A stretch of DNA of 64,000 nt from contig OZ024740.1 of assembly GCA_964016885.1 (NCBI GenBank), positions 432,760,001 to 432,824,000 of the forward strand, read 5' to 3'. Positions 14,701-28,300 of the stretch are shown here, one piece after another (position 1 is the first letter of the stretch; each line of letters starts with the position of its first letter). The stretch is from Eledone cirrhosa. Lineage: Eukaryota. The translations under genes and the position numbers were made by a program. Under the pieces are notes generated by a model. The model did not search any database. It was not told the DNA's origin and was given only the letters and a program-made list of their open reading frames with translations.

Positions 14701-17700
14701 GACTTGATATGTGACAGAACCACAGAAGCAGTAAGAATGGAGAGTTGATATGTGACAGAACCACACAATCAGTAAGAATGGAGACTTGATATGTGACAGA
14801 ACCACAGAAGCAGTAAGAATGGAGACTTGATATGTGACAGAACCACAGAAGCAGTAAAAATGGAGACTTGATATGTGACAGAACTACAGAAGCAGTAAGA
14901 ATGGAGACTTGATATGTGACAGAACTACAGAAGCAGTAAGAATGGAGACTTGATATGTGACAGAACCACACAATCAGTAAGAATGGAGACTTGATATGTG
15001 ACAGAACCACACAATCAGTAAGAATGGAGACTTGATATGTGACAGAACTACAGAAGCAGTAAGAATGGAGACTTGATATGTGACAGAACCACAGAATCAG
15101 TAAGAATGGAGACTTGATATGTGACAGAACCACACAATCAGTAACAATGGAGACTTGATAAGTGACAGAACTACAGAAGCAGTAAGATTGGAGACTTGAT
15201 ATGTGACAGAACCACAGAATCAGTAAGAATGGAGACTTGATATGTGACAGAACCACAGAATCAGTAAGAATGGAGACTTGATATGTGACAGAACCACAGA
15301 AGCAGTACGAATGGAGACTTGATATGTGACAGAACCACAGAAGCAGTAAGAATGGAGACTTGATATGTGACAGAACCACAGAAGCAGTAAGAATGGAGAC
15401 TTGATATGTGACAGAACTACAGAAGCAGTAAGAATGGAGACTTGATATTTGACAGAACCACACAATCAGTAAGAATGGAGACTTGATATGTGACAGAACC
15501 ACAGAAGCAGTAAGAATGGAGACTTGATATGTGACAGAACTACAGAAGCAGTAAGAATGGAGACTTGATATGTGACAGAACCACACAATCAGTAAGAATG
15601 GAGACTTGATATGTGACAGAACCACAGAAGCAGGAAGAATGGAGACTTGATATGTGACAGAACTACAGAAGCAGTAAGAATGGAGACTTGATATGTGACA
15701 GAACCACACAATCAGTAAGAATGGAGACTTGATATGTGACAGAACCACAGAAGCAGTAAGAATGGAGACTTGATATGTGACAGAACTACAGAAGCAGTAA
15801 GAATGGAGACTTGATATGTGACAGAACCACACAATCAGTAAGAATGGAGACTTGATATGTGACAGAACTACAGAAGCAGTAAGAATGGAGACTTGATATG
15901 TGACAGAACCACAGAAGCAGTAAGATTGGAGACTTGATATGTGACAGAACCACAGAATCAGTAAGAATGGAGACTTGATATGTGACAGAACCACACAATC
16001 AGTAATAATGGAGACTTGATATGTGACAGAACCACACAATCAGTAAGAATGGAGACTTGATATGTGACAGAACCACAGAATCAGTAAAAATGGAGACTTG
16101 ATATGTGACAGAACCACATAAGCAGTAAGAATGGAGACTTGATATGTGACAGAACCACACAATCAGTAAGAATGGAGACTTAATATGCGACAGAACCACA
16201 GAAGCAGGAAGAATGGAGACTTGATATGTGACAGAACCACAGAAGCAGTAAGAATGGAGACTTGATATGTGACAGAACGACAGAAGCAGTAAGAATGGAG
16301 ACTTGATATGTGACAGAACCACAGAATCAGTAAGAATGGAGACTTGATATGTAACAGAACCACAGAAGCAGTAAGAATGGAGACTTGGTATGTGACAGAA
16401 CCACAGAAGCAGTAAGAATGGAGACTTGATATGTAACAGAACCACACAATCAGTAAGAATGGAGACTTGATATGTGACAGAACCACACAAGCAGTAAGAA
16501 TGGAGACTTGATATGTGACAGAACCACAGAATCAGTAAGAATGGAGACTTGATATGTAACAGAACCACAGAAGCAGTAAGAATGGAGACTTGATATGTGA
16601 CAGAACCACAGAATCAGTAAGAATGGAGACTTGATATGTGACAGAACCACAAAAGGAGTAAGAATGGAGACTTGATATGTAACAGAACCACAGAATCAGT
16701 AAGAATGGAGACTTGATATGTGACAGAACCACAGAATCAGTAAGAATGGAGACTTGATATGTGACAGAACCACAGAAGCAGTAAGAATGGAGACTTGATA
16801 TGTGACAGAACCACAGAATCAGTAAGAATGGAGACTTGATATGTGACAGAACTACAGAAGCAGTAAGAATGGAGACTTGATATGTGACAGAACCACAGAA
16901 TCAGTAAGAATGGAGACTTGATATGTGACAGAACCACAGAATCAGTAAGAATGGAGACTTGGTATGTGACAGAACCAGATAAGCAGTAAGAATGGAGACT
17001 TGATATGTGACAGAACCACAGAAGCAGTAAGAATGGAGACTTGATATGTGACAGAACCACAGAAGCAGTAAGAATGGAGACTTGGTATGTGACAGAACCA
17101 CATAAGCAGTAAGAATGGAGACTTGATATGTGACAGAACTACAGAAGCAGTAAGAATGGAGACTTGATATGTGACAGAACCACACAATCAGTAAGAATGG
17201 AGACTTGATATGTGACAGAACTACAGAAGCAGTAAGAATGGAGACTTGATATGTGACAGAACCACAGAAGCAGTAAGATTGGAGACTTGATATGTGACAG
17301 AACCACAGAATCAGTAAGAATGGAGACTTGATATGTGACAGAACCACACAATCAGTAATAATGGAGACTTGATATGTGACAGAACCACACAATCAGTAAG
17401 AATGGAGACTTGATATGTGACAGAACCACAGAATCAGTAAAAATGGAGACTTGATATGTGACAGAACCACATAAGCAGTAAGAATGGAGACTTGATATGT
17501 GACAGAACCACACAATCAGTAAGAATGGAGACTTAATATGCGACAGAACCACAGAAGCAGGAAGAATGGAGACTTGATATGTGACAGAACCACAGAAGCA
17601 GTAAGAATGGAGACTTGATATGTGACAGAACGACAGAAGCAGTAAGAATGGAGACTTGATATGTGACAGAACCACAGAATCAGTAAGAATGGAGACTTGA

Positions 17701-20700
17701 TATGTAACAAAACCACAGAAGCAGTAAGAATGGAGACTTGGTATGTGACAGAACCACAGAAGCAGTAAGAATGGAGACTTGATATGTAACAGAACCACAC
17801 AATCAGTAAGAATGGAGACTTGATATGTGACAGAACCACACAAGCAGTAAGAATGGAGACTTGATATGTGACAGAACCACAGAATCAGTAAGAATGGAGA
17901 CTTGATATGTAACAGAACCACAGAAGCAGTAAGAATGGAGACTTGATATGTGACAGAACCACAGAATCAGTAAGAATGGAGACTTGATATGTGACAGAAC
18001 CACAAAAGCAGTAGGAATGGAGACTTGATATGTAACAGAACCACAGAATCAGTAAGAATGGAGACTTGATATGTGACAGAACCACAGAATCAGTAAGAAT
18101 GGAGACTTGATATGTGACAGAACCACAGAAGCAGTAAGAATGGAGACTTGATATGTGACAGAACCACAGAATCAGTAAGAATGGAGACTTGATATGTGAC
18201 AGAACTACAGAAGCAGTAAGAATGGAGACTTGATATGTGACAGAACCACAGAATCAGTAAGAATGGAGACTTGATATGTGACAGAACCACAGAATCAGTA
18301 AGAATGGAGACTTGGTATGTGACAGAACCAGATAAGCAGTAAGAATGGAGACTTGATATGTGACAGAACCACAGAAGCAGTAAGAATGGAGACTTGATAT
18401 GTGACAGAACCACAGAAGCAGTAAGAATGGAGACTTGGTATGTGACAGAACCACATAAGCAGTAAGAATGGAGACTTGATATGTGACAGAACCACAGAAG
18501 CAGTAAGAATGGAGACTTGATATGTGACAGAACCACACAATCAGTAAGAATGGAGACTTGATATGTGACAGAACCACAGAAGCAGTAAGAATGGAGACTT
18601 GGTATGTGACAGAACCACAGAAGCAGTAAGAATGGAGACTTGGTATGTGACAGAACCACAGAAGCAGTAAGAATGGAGACTTGATATGTGACAGAACCAC
18701 AGAATCAGTAAAAATGGAGACTTGATATGTGACAGAACCACATAAGCAGTAAGAATGGAGACTTGATATGTCACAGAACCACAGAATCAGTAAGAATGGA
18801 GACTTAATATGCGACAGAACCACAGAAGCAGGAAGAATGGAGACTTGATATGTGACAGAACCACAGAAGCAGTAAGTATGGAGACTTGATATGTGACAGA
18901 ACGACAGAAGCAGTAAGAATGGAGACTTGATATGTGACAGAACCACAGAATCAGTAAGAATGGAGACTTGATATGTAACAGAACCACAGAAGCAGTGAGA
19001 ATGGAGACTTGGTATGTGACAGAACCACAGAAGCAGTAAGAATGGAGACTTGATATGTAACAGAACCACACAATCAGTAAGAATGGAGACTTGATATGTG
19101 ACAGAACCACACAAGCAGTAAGAATGGAGACTTGATATGTGACAGAACCACAGAATCAGTAAGAATGGAGACTTGATATGTAACAGAACCACAGAAGCAG
19201 TAAGAATGGAGACTTGATATGTGACAGAACCACAGAAGCAGTAAGAATGGAGACTTGATATGTGACAGAACCACAGAAGCAGTAAGAATGGAGACTTGAT
19301 ATGTGACAGAACCACAGAAGCAGTAAGAATGGAGACTTGGTATGTGACAGAACCACAGAAGCAGTAAGAATGGAGACTTGATATGTGACAGAACCACAGA
19401 ATCAGTAAGAATGGAGACTTGATATGTGACAGAACCACAGAATCAGTAAGAATGGAGACTTGATATGTGACAGAACCACAGAAGCAGTAAGATTGGAGAC
19501 TTGATATGTGACAGAACCACAGAATCAGTAAGAATGGAGACTTGATATGTAACAGAACCACAGAAGCAGTAAGAATGGAGACTTGGTATGTGACAGAACC
19601 ACAGAAGCAGTAAGAATGGAGACTTGATATGTGACAGAACCACAGAATCAGTAAGAATGGAGACTTGCTATGTGACAGAACCAGATAAGCAGTAAGAATG
19701 GAGACTTGATATGTGACAGAACCACAGAAGCAGTAAGAATGGAGACTTGATATGTGACAGAACCACAGAAGCAGTAAGAATGGAGACTTGATATGTGACA
19801 GAACCACACAATCAGTAAGAATGGAGACTTGATATGTGACAGAACCACAGAATCAGTAAGAATGGAGACTTAATATGTGACAGAACCACAGAAGCAGTAA
19901 GAATGGAGACTTGATATGTGACAGAACCACAGAAGCAGCAAGAATGGAGAGTTGATATGTGACAGAACCACAGAAGCACTAAGAATGGAGACTTGATATG
20001 TGACAGAACCACAGAAGCAGTAAGAATGGAGACTTGATATGTGACAGAACCACAGAAGCAGTAAAAATGGAGACTTGATATGTGACAGAACCACACAATC
20101 AGTAAGAATGGAGACTTGATATGTGACAGAACCACAGAAGCAGTAAGAATGGAGACTTGATATGTGACAGAACCACAGAAGCAGTAAGAATGGAGACTTG
20201 ATATGTGACAGAACTACAGAAGCAGTAAGAATGGAGACTTGATATGTGACAGAACCACAGAAGCAATAAGAATGGAGACTTGATATGTGACAGAACCACA
20301 GAAGCAGTAAGAATGGAGACTTGATATGTGACAGAACCACAGAAGCAGTAAGAATGGAGACTTGGTATGTGACAGAACCACAGAAGCAGTAAGAATGGAG
20401 ACTTGATATGTGACAGAACCACAGAATCAGTAAGAATGGAGACTTGATATGTGACAGAACTACAGAAGCAGTAAGAATGGAGACTTGATATGTAACAGAA
20501 CCACAGAATCAGTAAGAATGGAGACTTGATATGTGACAGAACCACAGAATCAGTAAGAATGGAGACTTGATATGTGACAGAACCACAGAAGCAGTAAGAT
20601 TGGAGACTTGATATGTGACAGAACCACAGAATCAGTAAGAATGGAGACTTGATATGTAACAGAACCACAGAAGCAGTAAGAATGGAGACTTGGTATGTGA

Positions 20701-23700
20701 CAGAACCACAGAAGCAGTAAGAATGGAGACTTGATATGTGACAGAACCACAGAATCAGTAAGAATGGAGACTTGCTATGTGACAGAACCAGATAAGCAGT
20801 AAGAATGGAGACTTGATATGTGACAGAACCACAGAAGCAGTAAGAATGGAGACTTGATATGTGACAGAACCACAGAAGCAGTAAGAATGGAGACTTGATA
20901 TGTGACAGAACCACACAATCAGTAAGAATGGAGACTTGATATGTGACAGAACCACAGAATCAGTAAGAATGGAGACTTAATATGTGACAGAACCACAGAA
21001 GCAGTAAGAATGGAGACTTGATATGTGACAGAACCACAGAAGCAGTAAGAATGGAGAGTTGATATGTGACAGAACCACACAATCAGTAAGAATGGAGACT
21101 TGATATGTGACAGAACCACAGAAGCAGTAAGAATGGAGACTTGATATGTGACAGAACCACAGAAGCAGTAAAAATGGAGACTTGATATGTGACAGAACTA
21201 CAGAAGCAGTAAGAATGGAGACTTGATATGTGACAGAACTACAGAAGCAGTAAGAATGGAGACTTGATATGTGACAGAACCACACAATCAGTAAGAATGG
21301 AGACTTGATATGTGACAGAACCACACAATCAGTAAGAATGGAGACTTGATATGTGACAGAACTACAGAAGCAGTAAGAATGGAGACTTGATATGTGACAG
21401 AACCACAGAATCAGTAAGAATGGAGACTTGATATGTGACAGAACCACACAATCAGTAACAATGGAGACTTGATAAGTGACAGAACTACAGAAGCAGTAAG
21501 ATTGGAGACTTGATATGTGACAGAACCACAGAATCAGTAAGAATGGAGACTTGATATGTGACAGAACCACAGAATCAGTAAGAATGGAGACTTGATATGT
21601 GACAGAACCACAGAAGCAGTACGAATGGAGACTTGATATGTGACAGAACCACAGAAGCAGTAAGAATGGAGACTTGATATGTGACAGAACCACAGAAGCA
21701 GTAAGAATGGAGACTTGATATGTGACAGAACTACAGAAGCAGTAAGAATGGAGACTTGATATTTGACAGAACCACACAATCAGTAAGAATGGAGACTTGA
21801 TATGTGACAGAACCACAGAAGCAGTAAGAATGGAGACTTGATATGTGACAGAACTACAGAAGCAGTAAGAATGGAGACTTGATATGTGACAGAACCACAC
21901 AATCAGTAAGAATGGAGACTTGATATGTGACAGAACCACAGAAGCAGGAAGAATGGAGACTTGATATGTGACAGAACTACAGAAGCAGTAAGAATGGAGA
22001 CTTGATATGTGACAGAACCACACAATCAGTAAGAATGGAGACTTGATATGTGACAGAACCACAGAAGCAGTAAGAATGGAGACTTGATATGTGACAGAAC
22101 TACAGAAGCAGTAAGAATGGAGACTTGATATGTGACAGAACCACACAATCAGTAAGAATGGAGACTTGATATGTGACAGAACTACAGAAGCAGTAAGAAT
22201 GGAGACTTGATATGTGACAGAACCACAGAAGCAGTAAGATTGGAGACTTGATATGTGACAGAACCACAGAATCAGTAAGAATGGAGACTTGATATGTGAC
22301 AGAACCACACAATCAGTAATAATGGAGACTTGATATGTGACAGAACCACACAATCAGTAAGAATGGAGACTTGATATGTGACAGAACCACAGAATCAGTA
22401 AAAATGGAGACTTGATATGTGACAGAACCACATAAGCAGTAAGAATGGAGACTTGATATGTGACAGAACCACACAATCAGTAAGAATGGAGACTTAATAT
22501 GCGACAGAACCACAGAAGCAGGAAGAATGGAGACTTGATATGTGACAGAACCACAGAAGCAGTAAGAATGGAGACTTGATATGTGACAGAACCACAGAAT
22601 CAGTAAAAATGGAGACTTGATATGTGACAGAACCACATAAGCAGTAAGAATGGAGACTTGATATGTCACAGAACCACAGAATCAGTAAGAATGGAGACTT
22701 AATATGCGACAGAACCACAGAAGCAGGAAGAATGGAGACTTGATATGTGACAGAACCACAGAAGCAGTAAGTATGGAGACTTGATATGTGACAGAACGAC
22801 AGAAGCAGTAAGAATGGAGACTTGATATGTGACAGAACCACAGAATCAGTAAGAATGGAGACTTGATATGTGACAGAACCACAGAATCAGTAACAATGGA
22901 GACTTGATATGTGACAGAACCACAGAAGCAGTAAGAATGGAGACTTGATATGTGACAGAACCACAGAATCAGTAAGAATGGAGACTTGATATGTGACAGA
23001 ACTACAGAAGCAGTAAGAATGGAGACTTGATATGTGACAGAACCACAGAATCAGTAAGAATGGAGACTTGATATGTGACAGAACCACAGAATCAGTAAGA
23101 ATGGAGACTTGGTATGTGACAGAACCAGATAAGCAGTAAGAATGGAGACTTGATATGTGACAGAACCACAGAAGCAGTAAGAATGGAGACTTGATATGTG
23201 ACAGAACCACAGAAGCAGTAAGAATGGAGACTTGGTATGTGACAGAACCACATAAGCAGTAAGAATGGAGACTTGATATGTGACAGAACTACAGAAGCAG
23301 TAAGAATGGAGACTTGATATGTGACAGAACCACACAATCAGTAAGAATGGAGACTTGATATGTGACAGAACTACAGAAGCAGTAAGAATGGAGACTTGAT
23401 ATGTGACAGAACCACAGAAGCAGTAAGATTGGAGACTTGATATGTGACAGAACCACAGAATCAGTAAGAATGGAGACTTGATATGTGACAGAACCACACA
23501 ATCAGTAATAATGGAGACTTGATATGTGACAGAACCACACAATCAGTAAGAATGGAGACTTGATATGTGACAGAACCACAGAATCAGTAAAAATGGAGAC
23601 TTGATATGTGACAGAACCACATAAGCAGTAAGAATGGAGACTTGATATGTGACAGAACCACACAATCAGTAAGAATGGAGACTTAATATGCGACAGAACC

Positions 23701-25350
23701 ACAGAAGCAGGAAGAATGGAGACTTGATATGTGACAGAACCACAGAAGCAGTAAGAATGGAGACTTGATATGTGACAGAACGACAGAAGCAGTAAGAATG
23801 GAGACTTGATATGTGACAGAACCACAGAATCAGTAAGAATGGAGACTTGATATGTAACAGAACCACAGAAGCAGTAAGAATGGAGACTTGGTATGTGACA
23901 GAACCACAGAAGCAGTAAGAATGGAGACTTGATATGTAACAGAACCACACAATCAGTAAGAATGGAGACTTGATATGTGACAGAACCACACAAGCAGTAA
24001 GAATGGAGACTTGATATGTGACAGAACCACAGAATCAGTAAGAATGGAGACTTGATATGTAACAGAACCACAGAAGCAGTAAGAATGGAGACTTGATATG
24101 TGACAGAACCACAGAATCAGTAAGAATGGAGACTTGATATGTGACAGAACCACAAAAGCAGTAAGAATGGAGACTTGATATGTAACAGAACCACAGAATC
24201 AGTAAGAATGGAGACTTGATATGTGACAGAACCACAGAATCAGTAAGAATGGAGACTTGATATGTGACAGAACCACAGAAGCAGTAAGAATGGAGACTTG
24301 ATATGTGACAGAACCACAGAATCAGTAAGAATGGAGACTTGATATGTGACAGAACTACAGAAGCAGTAAGAATGGAGACTTGATATGTGACAGAACCACA
24401 GAATCAGTAAGAATGGAGACTTGATATGTGACAGAACCACAGAATCAGTAAGAATGGAGACTTGGTATGTGACAGAACCAGATAAGCAGTAAGAATGGAG
24501 ACTTGATATGTGACAGAACCACAGAAGCAGTAAGAATGGAGACTTGATATGTGACAGAACCACAGAAGCAGTAAGAATGGAGACTTGGTATGTGACAGAA
24601 CCACATAAGCAGTAAGAATGGAGACTTGATATGTGACAGAACCACAGAAGCAGTAAGAATGGAGACTTGATATGTGACAGAACCACACAATCAGTAAGAA
24701 TGGAGACTTGATATGTGACAGAACCACAGAAGCAGTAAGAATGGAGACTTGGTATGTGACAGAACCACAGAAGCAGTAAGAATGGAGACTTGGTATGTGA
24801 CAGAACCACAGAAGCAGTAAGAATGGAGACTTGATATGTGACAGAACCACAGAATCAGTAAAAATGGAGACTTGATATGTGACAGAACCACATAAGCAGT
24901 AAGAATGGAGACTTGATATGTCACAGAACCACAGAATCAGTAAGAATGGAGACTTAATATGCGACAGAACCACAGAAGCAGGAAGAATGGAGACTTGATA
25001 TGTGACAGAACCACAGAAGCAGTAAGTATGGAGACTTGATATGTGACAGAACGACAGAAGCAGTAAGAATGGAGACTTGATATGTGACAGAACCACAGAA
25101 TCAGTAAGAATGGAGACTTGATATGTAACAGAACCACAGAAGCAGTGAGAATGGAGACTTGGTATGTGACAGAACCACAGAAGCAGTAAGAATGGAGACT
25201 TGATATGTAACAGAACCACACAATCAGTAAGAATGGAGACTTGATATGTGACAGAACCACACAAGCAGTAAGAATGGAGACTTGATATGTGACAGAACCA
25301 CAGAATCAGTAAGAATGGAGACTTGATATGTAACAGAACCACAGAAGCAG
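13130..25350. repeat. Transitional ~6.2 kb duplication (offsets 153/154/150 monomers) bridging domains A and B
   Basis: Offsets: 13826->20099 = 6273 (153x41); 14663->20977 = 6314 (154x41); 17352->23502 and 18090->24240 = 6150 (150x41). Shared rare markers: GCAGCAAG ~13663/~19936, GATAAGTG ~15158/~21472, GTACGAA ~15305/~21619, GATATTTG ~15445/~21759. Confidence 0.85.
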
Positions 25351-28300
25351 TAAGAATGGAGACTTGATATGTGACAGAACCACAGAATCAGTAAGAATGG
25401 AGACTTGATATGTGACAGAACCACAAAAGCAGTAAGAATGGAGACTTGATATGTAACAGAACCACAGAATCAGTAAGAATGGAGACTTGATATGTGACAG
25501 AACCACAGAATCAGTAAGAATGGAGACTTGATATGTGACAGAACCACAGAAGCAGTAAGAATGGAGACTTGATATGTGACAGAACCACAGAATCAGTAAG
25601 AATGGAGAATTGATATGTGACAGAACTACAGAAGCAGTAAGAATGGAGACTTGATATGTGACAGAACCACAGAAGCAGTAAGAATGGGGACTTGATATGT
25701 GACAGAACCACAGAAGCAGTAAGAATGGAGAGTTGATATGTGACAGAACCACACAATCAGTAAGAATGGAGACTTGATATGTGACAGAACCACAGAAGCA
25801 GTAAGAATGGAGAGTTGATATGTGACAGAACCACAGAATCAGTAAGAATGGAGACTTGATATGTGACAGAACCACACAATCAGTAACAATGGAGACTTGA
25901 TATGTGACAGAACTACAGAAGCAGTAAGATTGGAGACTTGATATGTGACAGAACCACAGAATCAGTAAGAATGGAGACTTGATATGTGACAGAACCACAG
26001 AATCAGTAAGAATGGAGACTTGATATGTGACAGAACCACAGAAGCAGTAAGAATGGAGACTTGATATGTGACAGAACCACAGAAGCAGTAAGAATGGAGA
26101 CTTGATATGTGACAGAACCACAGAAGCAGTAAGAATGGAGACTTGATATGTGACAGAACTACAGAAGCAGTAAGAATGGAGACTTGATATGTGACAGAAC
26201 CACACAATCAGTAAGAATGGAGACTTGATATGTGACAGAACCACAGAAGCAGTAAGAATGGAGACTTGATATGTGACAGAACTACAGAAGCAGTAAGAAT
26301 GGAGACTTGATATGTGACAGAACCACACAATCAGTAAGAATGGAGACTTGATATGTGACAGAACCACAGAAGCAGTAAGAATGGAGACTTGATATGTGAC
26401 AGAACTACAGAAGCAGTAAGAATGGAGACTTGATATGTGACAGAACCACACAATCAGTAAGAATGGAGACTTGATATGTGACAGAACCACAGAAGCAGTA
26501 AGAATGGAGACTTGATATGTGACAGAACTACAGAAGCAGTAAGAATGGAGACTTGATATGTGACAGAACCACACAATCAGTAAGAATGGAGACTTGATAT
26601 GTGACAGAACTACAGAAGCAGTAAGAATGGAGACTTGATATGTGACAGAACCACAGAAGCAGTAAGATTGGAGACTTGATATGTGACAGAACCACAGAAT
26701 CAGTAAGAATGGAGACTTGATATGTGACAGAACCACACAATCAGTAAGAATGGAGACTTGATATGTGACAGAACCACACAATCAGTAAGAATGGAGACTT
26801 GATATGTGACAGAACCACAGAATCAGTAAAAATGGAGACTTGATATGTGACAGAACCACATAAGCAGTAAGAATGGAGACTTGATATGTGACAGAACCAC
26901 ACAATCAGTAAGAATGGAGACTTAATATGCGACAGAACCACAGAAGCAGGAAGAATGGAGACTTGATATGTGACAGAACCACAGAAGCAGTAAGAATGGA
27001 GACTTGATATGTGACAGAACGACAGAAGCAGTAAGAATGGAGACTTGATATGTGACAGAACCACAGAATCAGTAAGAATGGAGACTTGATATGTAACAGA
27101 ACCACAGAAGCAGTAAGAATGGAGACTTGGTATGTGACAGAACCACAGAAGCAGTAAGAATGGAGACTTGATATGTAACAGAACCACACAATCAGTAAGA
27201 ATGGAGACTTGATATGTGACAGAACCATACAAGCACTAAGAATGGAGACTTGATATGTGACAGAACCACAGAATCAGTAAGAATGGAGACTTGATATGTA
27301 ACAGAACCACAGAAGCAGTAAGAATGGAGACTTGATATGTGACAGAACCACAGAATCAGTAAGAATGGAGACTTGATATGTGACAGAACCACAAAAGCAG
27401 TAAGAATGGAGACTTGATATGTAACAGAACCACAGAATCAGTAAGAATGGAGACTTGATATGTGACAGAACCACAGAATCAGTAAGAATGGAGACTTGAT
27501 ATGTGACAGAACCACAGAAGCAGTAAGAATGGAGACTTGATATGTGACAGAACCACAGAATCAGTAAGAATGGAGACTTGATATGTGACAGAACTACAGA
27601 AGCAGTAAGAATGGAGACTTGATATGTGACAGAACCACAGAATCAGTAAGAATGGAGACTTGATATGTGACAGAACCACAGAATCAGTAAGAATGGAGAC
27701 TTGGTATGTGACAGAACCAGATAAGCAGTAAGAATGGAGACTTGATATGTGACTGAACCACAGAAGCAGTAAGAATGGAGACTTGATATGTGACAGAACC
27801 ACAGAAGCAGTAAGAATGGAGACTTGGTATGTGACAGAACCACATAAGCAGTAAGAATGGAGACTTGATATGTGACAGAACCACAGAAGCAGTAAGAATG
27901 GAGACTTGATATGTGACAGAACCACACAATCAGTAAGAATGGAGACTTGATATGTGACAGAACCACAGAAGCAGTAAGAATGGAGACTTGGTATGTGACA
28001 GAACCACAGAAGCAGTAAGAATGGAGACTTGGTATGTGACAGAACCACAGAAGCAGTAAGAATGGAGACTTGATATGTAACAGAACCACACAATCAGTAA
28101 GAATGGAGACTTGATATGTGACAGAACCACACAAGCAGTAAGAATGGAGACTTGATATGTGACAGAACCACAGAATCAGTAAGAATGGAGACTTGATATG
28201 TAACAGAACCACAGAAGCAGTAAGAATGGAGACTTGATATGCGACAGAACCACAGAATCAGTAAGAATGGAGACTTGATATGTGACAGAACCACAAAAGC

